Shown piece by piece: positions 43,700-59,690 of a stretch of 64,000 nt of DNA. Source of the stretch: Eledone cirrhosa. Taxonomy: Eukaryota. A program made the translations under genes and the position numbers. Numbering within the stretch: the first letter of the stretch is position 1; every line of letters starts with the position of its first letter. The stretch covers positions 271,126,001-271,190,000 of the forward strand of contig OZ024742.1 of NCBI GenBank assembly GCA_964016885.1. The letters are read 5' to 3'. The notes beneath the pieces were generated by a model that saw only the letters and a program-made list of their open reading frames with translations, ran no database searches and was not told where the DNA came from.

Positions 43700-44340
43700 A
43701 TAATCTTCCCATGTCTTAAGCAGCCGGGAATCGAATATGGGGAGGCCGTGTTGTTAGGAAAGACCTGGATCTCGAGGTAAAGGCGATCTTCCTGGACCCG
43801 GATTTTGAGTTGTTGGTTCTGGACGTGAGCAACCCCGAAGGTGATGACGTTAGACAGATGGCCGTCTAGCTCTAACTGGGGCTGGACGGCTGGATTTCTT
43901 TAGGCGCCTGGAAATCTTTCTTGGAACTTCTCGAACTTTGCTATTAACAGGAAATTGTACATTTGACGCACACTGGGATTTGGTGGGAGTAACTGATAGA
44001 AGAAGAGGGTGCAAAACCCTCTAGTACCTAATCAGTCAGTTCCTATTATATGACAGGTACCGACAGTGTGGATCTAGACCAACCACGAACTGTAACCTAA
44101 ATCCTATACAGATAGGTTTTTATTAGGTCAGTAGTTAAGGATAGTATAGGTTTCAGATCATCAGATCTCCCTGCTGTACGTATTGACTCTCGAGCCTTTA
44201 CTGTGGACGCTGGCGCTGTTCCCGTGCATCACGCTTTACCCGGGTCGTGGAAAGCATCTTTTGGCTTATGTGGACGATATCACCATGATGGTATCGAACA
44301 CCTCGGAAATGAAGGTGTTCAGCACCTGCTTGGAAGAGTA
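43700..44340 (+). pseudogene. L1/Tx1-like LINE relic (APE and RT fragments)
   Basis: FFRRLEIFLGTSRTLLLTGN (APE GDxN region) and AYVDDITMMVS. Confidence 0.55.
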
Positions 44341-44734
44341 TAAATGTATTTTAACACGATACATTTTTAACACGATATCTTACTTTATTCTTCTTGCTAA
44401 GTATCTTCATTACTTTTGTCCTCATTTATTTCTTTGTTTCAATCATATCTCGCATCATACATTTTTAGGGACTTCACACACAATTGTATGTACTTTGTAG
44501 CTTAACGGATACAGATTAATGTGTTTATTATTTCGTCTCTTTCTCCTTTGCACAGCGTTTGACTTACGCCAGACATTGTGACACCGGATGGATCAGGAAT
44601 TCCGTTGATAAGGGTCGAAACGGCCTAAGTCCATCTCAATGGCCAATGATCACGGAGTTCTGTGTCTTTCGTTTTGTTTTGTTTCCTTTGGTCGTCTTGA
44701 CCTCCTTGCTTAATATCCTTCAGTTTATACAGGT

Positions 44735-44811
<77 letters not shown>

Positions 44812-45807
44812 GAAAGAGAGAGAGAGAGATTTATATCATTATTAATTTTCCGTTGGTGTATTAATTTGATTATGATATCAATTTGAATAATGTTTTATTC
44901 AACGGTCGACATATTTCATTTGATATATTCTGTGGTAATTCTACTAATCGTGCCAACGTAACAATTTACGGAATATATGAAATATATCAAATTATTATTT
45001 ACAACATCACCATGCAGAAATGTGGGATTAACAGTTATTGCATAACACTAACACGTGTTTCATTGATGTATAACTTATCAATCTAGGATCAGTTATATTT
45101 TACTATTTCAATGATATCAAATCAAATCCAACTACTTTAAAAATTATATGTTGACACAAGAAATTGTGAAAGTGGAATAAGAAAGTGTTCACATAGAGAT
45201 ATATAGAAAGCAAGCAAGAATTAAATAAAAATAAAAAGATAAAAGAAGATATAGAAAAAAAAATTGAAGAGAAAAAGAAACACATGAAGAATAGATAGGG
45301 GGAAATATATGGAGGATAGTATTTTAGACAGAAAGACATAACAATAGGAAGAAATGAAAAGGAGGAAATCGGTAGACGTATGGGTACGATAGGTGTAGAT
45401 AAATTAATACAGATACGAAGAGGGGGGTGTAGTAGCATTATGTTAATATCACGAGGATGAATGACAAGGGGATTCAGACCTTCAAATTAATTTATTGTCA
45501 AGTAGTTGTTGCAGTACGAATCAGACCTGATAATAGATCAGCAAAATTATATTTTTAAACAAAGGAAGGCAAATCTACAAGTTCCAGAATGATCTACAAA
45601 TATCAATGCAAAAGCTACGAAATACCGATGGATCACTAGTTAATACTGGAAATATATACTCCATGAATATTGTTACCGATGAGGAATTCGTACGTAGGGA
45701 ACCTTCTATATATAGAGTACTCATGTTTTCCTTTGCTTTCTCTTCGGAACCACCTAACACATATTATTTTTATATTTGTTGTATATATTTTGTGCCTATA
45801 TATGTTA

Positions 45808-47578
45808 ATAAGGTTATGTTTCCGAGGCAATCCAATTTGAATCGATATGTGAACGGACGAAGTGTGTGCTCTTGGGTTCTTCATCCGTTCCCCTGTGAGT
45901 ACCAATTCACCCAAACCGTTCTGCGCAGGCGCAGGTTCGACGGAAGTTGACCATTAGTTACCGCAGATTTCAACGAAATTCGCCTAATCAGTTCCCCCTC
46001 TCACAACCAAACAATGACCCATTCAGGCGTGTTATATGTAGCTTAGTGCTAGCCACCCCGTCTGTGGCAAGCAGCCGAAAGTCAGTGGGGATGGGAGAGT
46101 GTGAGTATCTATAGGTCTCAATACTACCCCTCATTAAGGATGGACAGTATAATTGACCATCAACCTCTAAGAGAAAATATACTTAATTTTAGGTATCATG
46201 GCTTCACAGTGGAAGTCATGAATGAGAGTTGGAAATTAGAAGTAAAAATTAAAAGTTAAAAATTAATAATCAAAAATTAAAAGGATTTACAAGTGAGAAT
46301 CTAGATTGAGGTGAGTAAACAAATCTAGATTGAAGTGAGTAAAAAATATATGTACCTATACTATCTACTACGTAAGGAGATGTTTAAGTAAGAGGTTTTG
46401 AAAGGGGTATTAATGTTACAGATATATTATCTACATACTGAACGATAGTACCGTACAGTAGAACGGAGGGTAAATTAAAGTATGAGAGGTAGTAGTTAGG
46501 CGGGTACATAGTTAGAATTTCCATCAAATGGTACAACACAAAAAAAAACACAGATATGAAGTACACAAAAGAAAATATAGAAAATATCACATACATGCAA
46601 AAAACACATACAGTACATATATGCAAAATGAGATAGGAGATACATGATTAATATGATTGTCAATTTGTCCATATATAGATTGAATTGAGGGGGCTTCTGT
46701 TGAAATTGCATTTGAACAGAAGCCCCCTTAATTCAATATATTTTCTTTTGTGTACTTCATATCTGTGTTTTTTGGGGTTTTGTTCCATGTGATGGAAATT
46801 CTAACTATGTACCCGCCTAACTACTACCTCTCATACTGTAATTTACCCTCCGTTCTACTGTACTATCGTTCAGTATGTAGATAATATATCTGTAACATTA
46901 ATACCCATTTCAAAACTTCTTATTTAAACATCTCCCTACGTAGTATAGGTGTATATATTTTTTACTCACTTCAATCTATATTTTTTTACTCACCTCAATC
47001 TAGATTCTCATTTGTAAATCTTTTTAATTATTGATTATTAATTTTTAATTTTTAATTTTTAATATTTGATTTCTGATTTTCTATTTTTAACTTTTAATTT
47101 CTGATTTTCTATTTTTAACTTTTAATTTCTGATTTTCTATTTTTAACTTTTAATTTTTAGTTCTTATTTCCAACTCTCATTCATGACTTCCACTGTGAAA
47201 CCATGATACCTAGAATTAAGTATATTTTCTCTTAGAGGTTGATGGTCAATTATACTATCCATGCTTAATGAGGGGTAATATTGAGACCTATTGATGCTCA
47301 CACTCTCCCACCACCACTGCTTTCGGCTGACTGCCACAGACGGGGTAGCTAGCAGTAAGCTATATATAACAGGCCTGAATGTTTGTGAGAGGGGGAACTG
47401 ATTAGGCGAATTTCGTTGAAATCTGCGAGGGCTAATGGTCAAGTTCCTTCGGACCTGCGCCTGCGCAGACCAGTGGGTGTGAACTGGTACTCACAGGGGA
47501 ACGGACGAAGAACCCAAGAGCACACACTTCGTCCGTTCCCATGTCGATTCAATTTGCATTGCCTCGGAAACATAACCT
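45808..47578. repeat. Diverged fold-back, about 870-bp arms, centre near 46708; probably a PLE 3' region
   Basis: 45808-46700 resembles the reverse complement of 46715-47578 with indels; HHR immediately 3' of the right arm. Confidence 0.85.
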
Positions 47579-47591
47579 TTTTATGTAACAA

Positions 47592-47665
47592 GCTGTCTGA
47601 CGATGTCGCGGCACTGGCGCACGGAACCGTGTCGCCACTGTCGCCATTGAAATATATATCACAGC
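47592..47665 (+). ncRNA. Type I hammerhead ribozyme with a long GC-rich stem II
   Basis: gctgt CTGACGA tgtcgcggcactggcgcacgg aa ccgtgtcgccactgtcgccatt GAAA tatata TC acagc. Confidence 0.8.
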
Positions 47666-47799
47666 ATTATTATTAAAGGACTTGAACACCTGAAACTACT
47701 TTGCTTTACCTTATTCGATATTTATTCCGTCACTCCTATGTGGAATAAGTACGGTGAGTGCTTGAATTGAATTGCATCAATGTTTACCCTAAGTATATT

Positions 47800-49905
<2,106 letters not shown>

Positions 49906-50006
49906 TAACGACTCTGTTCTTGTATATTGAGCTAATACAATTCTGTCATAATACAACACGGTGCATGTGTGTTTATGCACATATGCTCCGGGCTATACGT
50001 AAATAA

Positions 50007-50037
<31 letters not shown>

Positions 50038-50207
50038 CGCATGTCTGCATTCCGCCCGTCCCCTTAAACTATTTTATTCCTCATTCTTTCTACCGATGAA
50101 GGACCAGCGTCTGAAACGTTAAGACCCTCTTCCTGCTATATCAAACGTTAACCTAATATATACCTCCATATACTATAACGATTGTGTTGTTATTTCTGTT
50201 TACCTTT

Positions 50208-50250
<43 letters not shown>

Positions 50251-50256
<6 letters not shown>

Positions 50257-51009
50257 TATAAATTATGTCCATAGAATCATTTGATAAGTATTTTATCTCC
50301 CAATTAGCATAATCAACCACACAAAAAACAATTAAACCAGGCTATAAGATTAAAAGGCACCTATGAAGAAATAATAGATAAATAAACGACAGCCATCTAT
50401 TCGCGATCATCAGCTATATAATATTTACCCACCATTTCAATAGCACGTGGAAATCGATTAAATATATCGTCAACCATACACAATTAGGTATACAATTAAA
50501 GTTAGAAGAAAAACTGCATATGCATCACATTCTTTCTGACTTGACCACTGCCACGTCACAGTTCTTAGCCATTTTGAATTCGTTTCTGGCGGGGATCATT
50601 TGAGAAAAATCTTCGTCCAAGTGAGTTTGTTTCCTGATGAGTTCGAAGCTCGAGAATTTATCCGTGATAAGATATTTCCAAAAGTGAAGGAAACCCTAAA
50701 GTGTAGAAACGAAATCCTGGTATGTGTATATCCATTTTTTTTTCTAACTTTAATTGTATACCTAATTGTGTATGGTTGGAGATATATTTAATCGATTTCC
50801 ACGTGCTATTGAAATGCTGGGTAAATATTCTATAGCTGTTGATCGCGAATAGATGGCTGTCATTTATTTATCTATTATTTCTTCATAGGTGCCTTTTAAT
50901 CTTATAGCCTGGTTTAATTGTTTTTGTGTGAGGTTGATTATGGTAATTGGGAGAGGAAATTGTGTATATATCTTATCGAATGATTCTATGGACATAATTT
51001 ATAGTATAT
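50251..51009. repeat. Fold-back with ~265-bp arms and ~220-bp spacer; related to 60808-60990
   Basis: 50251-50514 resembles the reverse complement of 50736-51009. Confidence 0.85.
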
Positions 51010-51112
51010 TACTCTGATTATAAAATGTATTAATTCATCATTGAGCCACATCGTGAATGGTTGCCAAAAACATATATATCTATGATTTTGTCTAGTTTGA
51101 GTATATGTAAAT

Positions 51113-51152
<40 letters not shown>

Positions 51153-51338
51153 TCCAGTCTAATAAACTGTTGAGTGCTACTCATCAGATATTTGCATTGC
51201 TTTATTGTGCTACAGTAAAACTCACTTTCTCTCTCTATATATATATAACGAAGGAGTTGTGGTAAGGAAACAGATGGACCAGATGAGTCCAGAAATAACC
51301 GCCCAAACGGCTTGAGCTTTGCCCTCAGGGTCATACAT

Positions 51339-51370
<32 letters not shown>

Positions 51371-51562
51371 CAATAATATTAACAAATGGAACCTATCTTA
51401 ATAAAGCCATATGTATGTTGTTATATATATTTCAAGTGTACCAAAATTTGGTACGCTCTCTTGAGATAAAATACAAAAGTTGGTTTACAGATAGTGATAT
51501 ATTCAGACATAAACTTAATGTTGTGAGTTCTATTTGAAATAGGGGTTATTATTAGGGTGGAA

Positions 51563-51743
51563 GGCGGTGGATTGGTAGTATCGGTAGAGGGTCGGACGCC
51601 ATGCTTTGTCGCATTGAGTTACAGGCCTTGCCATTCTGAGTTCAAATCCCGGCGAGGTTAACTTTGTCTTTCATCCTTATGTGGTCGATAAAATAAAGTA
51701 CCCGTAATACACTAGGTAATTGCTGGCCTTGTGCCAAATGTAG
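51563..51743 (+). mobile_element. SINE with TSD, inside the inverted pLTR
   Basis: attattagggtggaa (51548-51562) / attattaggggggaa (51744-51758). Confidence 0.85.
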
Positions 51744-51995
51744 ATTATTAGGGGGGAAGAAAATGTTAGTAACATTTTAAGAAAAATATATTAAAGCTAC
51801 TAACAGAATATTTATAGGAATGTACGTGTATAATTCTCCGGAACGTTTTTGCAAGAATCCAGATGAAACTGTTGAGTGCTTCTAATCTGTTATAAATCTA
51901 ATTTGTTGAATAATCAACAAATTGAATAACTCATTGCTTACAGTTAGCTCCTTCAAGTAGAGCGCTTTACTCTGTAACAGATTATAAATAATTAA

Positions 51996-54230
51996 TGGTG
52001 GAATTTTAAAAAATCTCTCCATCTCTCAAGGATGTACCTTTATCAACTAATAAGGAATACATTTAACAGCTAATTAAAAAATCTGATTATTTCCGTAGGA
52101 GACTTTGATGGCGTGCTTTCCATTTTGAAAAGAAATCAAATAATGAACAGAACAAATCTAAATATAACTTCGATCACATATTTAAACACAGGAAAGATTC
52201 CCCATTCGATAAGCTTTTATCTGAGTTCGAAAAGGAGCTAAGATGCATAATACAAAATATTAAATTTAAAAGAAAACTAATACAAAATCCAGGAATACCT
52301 CAAAGGCCTCAAATATAAATTGGATAACTTGAAAAACACAAATAAGATCCTCGTAAAACTGACAAAACTAACAATTTATATGGAATTGAAAGGAAGATTA
52401 TAATAATTTAATATTGAAATAACTTAGAAATAATTATTTAAAAAACCTCTAAAGAAGATCTATCAACCTTAAACAAAGAAGCTTCCGAAATAATTTACAA
52501 CTTAGTTATCGAAAATAGGACGGAACCCTTCATACCAAGACAACCGAAGATAAATATGAAGGACCACAAACAGAATTTCGAAGCGGAACTACCAGTCAGA
52601 ATTATTGCATGATCTAGGTATGATTACTAAACATATATTAGACATAATCATACCAGTATTTAAGTATACCTCATACCTTAAACTATGGAACGGTACAAAC
52701 GAAGTGATCGATTGGTTCGTAGACATTAAATCAAAATATAACAAAACATTTATATAAATGGATATTGTAGCTATTATTCTTCAATAACCCCTAATCAACT
52801 TAATAAAGCACTAGTTTACGCATCAAAACATACTGACTTATCTAGCGAGGAAATAAACATTATTTCAACTGCATGTAAAACTTTTATTGAATTCAACAAT
52901 CAACTCGTGTCTAGGGCTGATAGACAGAACAACTTTGATATCACAATGGGATCATCTGACTCAGCTCAGGCAACGGACCTCGTTGGAATATTTATTCTTA
53001 ACGTATTACATAGAAAACTGCCGGAGAAGGCCGGAGGTTTATATCGTGACGATGTGTTACTTATAGTTGATAAACATAGCAATAATAGTGAACTTAGTAC
53101 GAAAAAGAAAATGATCATAGAATTGTTTAATAATTATAACCTTAAATAAGAAATTGAAAATGATAATAAAATTGTTAATTTCTTCGATGTTACTTTAAAC
53201 CATAACTCAGGCCTATATTACCATTTCCATAATATTAATGAAAACCTGAACTACGTAAGATTCAATTCTAACCACCCTAGAAATGTCAAAAATGCTATAG
53301 TCAATAGCTCTAGCAAAGAATATAACGCATTTCAGCTAAGAAGAATATATTTGATAATAAAGCAGAATATTACAACGATACTTTACAGAGACCCGGTTAC
53401 ATGAATACAATTAAATACATAGATAACAATAGTATACCTCCTAAAATTTACTATAATATTAACAATAAACAATTTAACCTAAATAGTAAATGAAACAAAA
53501 AAGCTAGAACTAGAAATATTATTTGGTATTCTTCTCCAATCTCCTTAGGAATTAAGACACCTTTAGCAAACCTATTTTTCAAGGCATTAGATAAGTGTTT
53601 TCCTAAATACCATAAATAACATTCTATTTTTAACAGACATACTATAAAACTTTCGTACTCTACTACTATGAGCATAGCACAAAATATTAATAGAACTAAT
53701 AATAGGAACTTAAAATTAAACCCAAACGAAACAAACCCTAATATCAATAATAATATTACTAGTAACAGTGCTTATAATAATCACACCGTTCCTCTAGACA
53801 ACAACTCTAGAAAATGTAACTGCAGAAACAACTTACGTTGCCCTCTACAGAATAATTGTCTAGACAAAAACTTAGTATAAAAATGCACCATAAAAACTAG
53901 AGATAAATGACATATCTATGTAGGAGCCACTTCTACAAAATTTAAGGAACGCTGGTATAATCATAAACACACATTTCATACATCAGACAAAACATTCTCA
54001 ACATCACTTTCACATTTAATTTGGTCCTTAAAAGACAATAATATTGACTATTCGATCTCTTGGAGAACAATTTCAAAAGCGCCCGCATAGAAGAATATGG
54101 CTCTCTCAAGAATTTGTCATATCTGTATTGAAAAAATTGTTCCTAAGGATGCTATAAACAAAAAGAAGGATGTATTTAATTCTTGCTTATCTCGACAGTC
54201 CAAGACTTTTAAATGTATCTATAATCTATA
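51996..54230 (+). pseudogene. PLE RT plus GIY-YIG polyprotein with many stops and frameshifts
   Basis: SLKDVPLS..YFRRRL*WRAFHF, KMDIV, ITMGSSDSAQATDLVG, GLYRDD, VNFFDVTLN, SNHP, RNIIWYSSP, KCNCRNNLRCPL, IYVGATSTKFKERWYNHK. Confidence 0.9.
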
Positions 54231-54948
54231 GAAAATATTATATATAGCCTCTATATCTTGCCCAGTTACAATTTGCATGTCTTCGCTGTTTTTGTGATGT
54301 TTCTTTTGTGATGTTTCAAATGTTATCTTTGAAGGTATTTTTTATGTTTGTTGAAGTTTTTCTAATAGGTTTTATAGGTCTTTTAAATGCATACATACAA
54401 ATACTTAATATCATCAAATGTGTACATAGGTATAAGTAATTTTATCAAAATATATACATAACATTTTTATCTTAGAACATATGTAATATATGATGCTCTA
54501 AAACCATATGTAAAATAATTTGTCCATATACTACAATTAGAATATAACTTGAAAGTAAATTTGAAACTAAACTATAAATATAACTATAACTTAACGCCGT
54601 AAAGTAATAATAATTAGAGTTATCTTTTCCTTTGCAAAGAAATAAGTTTACATCTAATATCTACGTAACATTTAAACTTGACATAAATATTATCATTTCT
54701 TAAATTTATTTCTATCTTGATACAACTATAGAATATACCAAATATTATACATCTTCTATACTAAAATATAATTACTTCCACATTCTTAAGCCATATATTG
54801 AAAATGCAAACATATCTTCGCCGAACATATTATAACTCTTCTTATATAAAGCCATCTATATCCGACTAAATTTGTGTATCTATTAAATAAATAATATATA
54901 TACTCACCAAAACTATTTATATATACAACTAACCTCATATAATATAAT

Positions 54949-55133
54949 TGTTTCTACTTTTGGCACAAGGCCATAAATCATTCTAGTGCATCACTGGTAC
55001 ATTATTTTATCGACCCCGTAAGGATGAATGGCAAAGTTAAACTTGGTGGGATGTGAACTCAGAACATAAAAGTGCATAACTATGGTGGAAAGCATGCCGG
55101 CCGACCCTCTACCAATACTGCCAATTCACCGCC
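54949..55133 (-). mobile_element. SINE with TSD
   Basis: cctcatataatataat (54933-54948) / cctcttataatataat (55133-55148). Confidence 0.85.
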
Positions 55134-55862
55134 CTCTTATAATATAATAAAATATACTTATAACTGAAATCTTGATAATATTAAAACACACCAGTAGAAT
55201 GTACCCAATCGTATATATACATACATGATACCTTTCACATTTTGAATTAATATTCTCTCAGTTTAACACATTTATTTATAATTCACACATTATATGATAA
55301 ATACTTCCAAAATATATAATTAAAAATAAATATAATTATTTCATTCTCTCTACACCCTTACAAATACGTTCCGGACAATTATATACGTACATTCCTATAA
55401 ATATTCTGTTAGCACCTTTAATATATTTTTTCTTAAAATCTTTCCTAAAATATTCTTCCACTCTAATGATAACCCGCATTTCTTTCTCTTATTAAAAAAA
55501 TAAAACTAACAATTATTTTAATTTACCTAGCGTGTAAACATAACGATCTTTTTCAGTGTTAACGTTATCCATATTAGCATATTCATCTTGTGATTTGAAG
55601 CTTTTATTCACTATTCAAATAGAACTCACGACATTAAGTTCTTGTCTGAATATGTCACTATCTGTAAACCAACTTTTGTATTTCATCTGAATAGATCGTA
55701 CCAAAATTATAGTACCCTTGAAATATATATAATAAAATAAATATGGCTTTATAAAGATAGCTTCCATTTATTAATATTATACACCAGAAGAATTTTGTTG
55801 AGTTCTTCTAATCTTTTATAAATTAAATCTGTTGAATAATCAACAAATTAAATAACTCATTG

Positions 55863-55955
<93 letters not shown>

Positions 55956-56624
55956 CATGTATGTGTGTGTGTATATATATATATACTTATTTTTTTATAT
56001 ATATGTGGTCGCATGTATATGTATATATGTATTTGTGTGTGTGCTTATCTGCCTGTGTTCATTTGTATTTTCGTATGCTCCAAGCTGTTTATACTTCCAC
56101 TGGACGCATACATGCATGTATCTATTTGTAGTTTTGCCTGTGTGATTGTATTTATGTATAACTCTGTCTCTGACGTCTCCGTATCATTTCTTATATATAT
56201 ATATATATAAATGAGAGGTATAGAGATTGATATATATATATATATATGGGGGGGGGGGTATGTGCGTGTGTGTGTTCGTGTATGTATGTTTTTGCATATG
56301 TATGTTTTTGTGTCTATACAAATTGTGTCTGTGTATGAGCAGACTGGAACTATGTTAGATCATTTTACACGCCTCCGCCCGCATAGTAGTAGCTTGCTCG
56401 CCAAATTCGAGTGATGAATAGGTCACGCGTGAATGAATGCAGTCAGTGGTCGTAATTTACAGCACAAGGGACGAGGTGAAGCCTCAAATTCTTAGCCAAG
56501 ATGATGTCAAGAGATGGGGATGAAATGGACTGAATATTGTCAGTTAAAGAAATGCCTTGAAAATGATAAACATATGTAATATGTAAATGAATTGTGTTGT
56601 AACGCATCACTGATTCCTCGTTAT

Positions 56625-56698
<74 letters not shown>

Positions 56699-56904
56699 AT
56701 GCACACGTACGTACATACATATATGTATACAGACGTACAGTAGTATGTATATATATATACATACATGCACACACATACATATATGTACGTATGGATTCAC
56801 CGAACATTTATTATAATGCTCGGTGCGTTTGTAGACAAACATCCCGTATTAAGCCGTAGTGTGCAGCAACCATCGTTGCTCGTTTGTTCAACACTGACAA
56901 AGGA

Positions 56905-56947
56905 ACGCTGGACTAGTTTCAAGCTTATTAGCTATCGTCAGTAACGT
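56905..56947 (-). ncRNA. Minimal hammerhead ribozyme (stem I closing mismatch)
   Basis: Minus strand: acgtta CTGACGA tagct aata agctt GAAA ctag TC cagcgt. Confidence 0.7.
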
Positions 56948-57211
56948 ATACCTTCCTGCCAGATTGTTGAACGTATATACTTACCTTATATATATTACCC
57001 CAATTTGCATATCGAGTGGGTTAATCGGTTTGAAACTAGTACAGCGTTCCTTTGTCAGTGTTGAACAAACGAGCAAATTTCGTTTCATTCTTTCCGTTTA
57101 TCGTTTTCGGTCCACCCGGCCCATTAACCCACTCGATATGCAAATTGGGCTACTCAGCCGTTAATATGCATAAGGTAAGTATATACGTTCAACAATCTGG
57201 CAGGAAGGTAT

Positions 57212-57254
57212 ACGTTGCTGACGATAGCTAATAAGCTTGAAACTAGTACAGCGT
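57212..57254 (+). ncRNA. Minimal type I hammerhead ribozyme
   Basis: acgttg CTGACGA tagct aata agctt GAAA ctag TA cagcgt. Confidence 0.88.
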
Positions 57255-57544
57255 TCATTTGTCAGTGTTGAACAATCGAGCAACAATGGTTGCTGGACAC
57301 TACGGCTTAATACGGGATGTTTGTTTACAAACACACCGAACATTATAATAAATGTTCGGTGAATCCATACGTACATATATATATACGTATGCATATATGT
57401 ATATATATATACATACTACTGTACGTCTGTATACATATATGTATGTACGTATACATACTTATATTTAAGTAACCGCCGTACTAAGTGTGGGACATGAAAT
57501 TTCGTTTCATTTTTTCCGTTTATATATATATATATCTATCTATC

Positions 57545-57843
57545 TAAGGCGGGTAGAATTCCCGAGATCCATGGACGAGTTCTCTCCAGCGGTCTCTGTC
57601 CCTCATTATCGCTGCCATATCCTGCATCTCCAACAGACCAGTGTCTGTCCTTAGGGCATCAACATATGTTAACCTTGGTTTTCCTCTTCTAGTGTGTACA
57701 TGCTGAGGATGGCTCTGAACATTAATCAGTATACACTGAGGATGAAAAACTCAGAGCTGTATGGGAGCATCCCAAAAGTCAGCTCAAAAGTGACACAGAG
57801 GAGACTGAGGTTGGCTGGACATGCTCACCGACATCCAGAGTTG
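57545..57843. mobile_element. RTE-like LINE 3' fragment with a 5' inversion
   Basis: Minus 57690-57545: RRGKPRLTYVDALRTDTG..MRDRDRWRELV; plus 57693-57843: MLRMALNI..QRRLRLAGHAHRHPE. Confidence 0.7.
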
Positions 57844-58679
57844 ACATATATATATATATATGTCAAAACAATGAAATAAAAATTCAAGTCATTAGAAATA
57901 TACTTCACTGCTTTACGATCCTTTCTAGGTGATGACAATACCTCATAACCATACTACTTTATCGATCTATGTAAGGTTACTTACAAAATATCAGATAAGG
58001 AAAATATTTACTTACATGTATCTCACCAGCTGTTGTCCAAAGAAATGAGAATTTTATTTAAAATTAGTAGTAAATTGAGTTCTATGACATTATTTGGAGG
58101 TAGCTGAAGAACAAACCAATCCGATTGTTGTTTTTTTCCTTATGATGTTAAGATGAAAAATAACTCACTTTAGTTGTGGTCCTGACCCTTTGAAAGGAAT
58201 GGTTGAATGGTGTTAACAATAGAATTGCTATAAAGATTCTTGGACAGGGCAGAGGTTGGGTAGGTGTGGAGGGAGGAGGGGGTCGTGTGGGGTGGGGGTG
58301 GGGGTGGGGGGTTAGGTGTGTATTAGTAGAGGTGTTAGTGGGATGTGTGCGTGTGAAGGTATGTGGGTGGAGCAGGGAGAGGGAGAGAAAAGTTGTTGGG
58401 GACGGAGGAGGGAGTGTAGTGTACTGGTGTGTGCGTGTTTGGATGAGTGTGTGTGTGGTAAAGGGGGTGTTAGTGGGTGTTAGTATACTGCTGGTGGGTA
58501 AAGGGTAGATGCGGGTGTGTAAAAGGGGGTTAATGGTGATTGGGTGTGTGGAGTGGTTGGTGTATGTACGTGTGGTGTGTGCGTGTGTGAAGGAGGAGTG
58601 TGTTAGTGGTGTTAGTGGGGGATGTGTGTGTCTGGGGGAAAACAGGGCGGTCGAAGGCTAAAGGAATAGGTTTGGGGAG

Positions 58680-59690
58680 TTCAGGCCAGGGGGTGTGTGG
58701 GTCTGTAGGGTGAAGACGGTGCGTTGTACGACTGTGAGGCAGGTTGCGGGTGTTCTGTGGCATTGGAGTAGGCCACAGACTGTGATGTGGTGGGCGGAAT
58801 GTCCTGGCGAGCCAAATTGGCGCGCGATAGGGGTACTCCCGCCGAGACGAATATCCCGGAGGTGTTCAGTGAAACGGTCCGCCAGGTGACGTCCAGTCTG
58901 TCCGACGTAGGTTGCGATGCACTCCGTTCAGCGAATTCCATTGCCTAGGTTGGAGAAGGTGCAGCAAAAGGCGTACCGGACAGAGAGAGAGTGGCTCTTG
59001 GGACCCGGACAGAGAGAGAGAGTGGCTTTGGGACCCGGAAAGGTGGTTGTGTTAGTGATGTAGGGGCAGGTGTGGCAACGAGGCCTGCGGCAACGAGGCT
59101 TGCGGCAACGAGGACTGCAGCAGCGAAGTTAACCGGGATGGGTTAAGAGCGGGGGGGGGGGGGGGGGGGGGGGGCTGCGGACGAGGAGGTGCGGAGATAG
59201 CGTGTGCGTTTGAAGGAGGGGAGGGGGTATGGGAGAATTTGAGAGGTGGAGGGTACGGACTGGAGGCGTCGGAAGAGGGGCATGGTCGTGCGGTGGAGGG
59301 GTAGGGTGGAGGTGTGGTAGGTGATGGGGAAGGGGATATCGTGGGTGGGTGTGCGGCAGCGTGGGGTGAGGGCGGTGGATCGGTGGACAGCACGGGCATA
59401 AGTGAGGGCGGTGTGGACGATGGAGGGGAATAACCTCTGCGGATGAAATGGCTGACTAGGGAAAGGGCCTGCAACTCAAAGTCAGCATCTCGGCTGCAGA
59501 GGCGGCGGATCCGGAGAATTGTTTTGTGTGTGTAGGGTGGAAGGAGGTCAAGTCGAGGTAGGAGTGGGAGTCGGTGGGTTTGAAGAAGGCGGAGGGGACG
59601 AGGGAGCGCTGGGAGGTGTTGATGGCGACGGATATGTCTAAGAAGTGGACGTAGGTGGTGGACATAGAGGTAGTGAAGTGGAGGGATGGG
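58680..59690 (-). pseudogene. GC-rich PLE RT-thumb plus GIY-YIG fragment
   Basis: VHFLDISV, FKPTDSHSYLDLTSFHP, LRIRRLCS, FIRRGY, TYVGQTGRHLADRFTEHLRDIR, TPPGLN. Confidence 0.85.

Larger units (their letters stand above)
51372..55866 (+). mobile_element. Near full-length decayed PLE: inverted pLTR, 5' UTR, RT-EN ORF, 3' UTR, pLTR, tail
   Basis: 51372-51846 (SINE-interrupted) is inverted relative to 55365-55779; 51858-51940 directly repeated at 55783-55866; (TA)n at both ends. Confidence 0.85.
56697..57520 (+). mobile_element. Diverged member of the 472-bp HHR repeat family: inverted partial unit, short switch segment and a unit of just over one monomer (about 423 bp)
   Basis: aaatttcgtttcatt occurs at 57075 and again near 57498; 56697-57025 is inverted relative to 57125-57452. 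Confidence 0.8.

Noticed and set aside
50630-50665. ctgatgagttcgaagctcgaga as a hammerhead (also weak candidates near 4935, 11930, 42790, 44585 and 45625)
   Set aside because: Core mismatches and no convincing stem I
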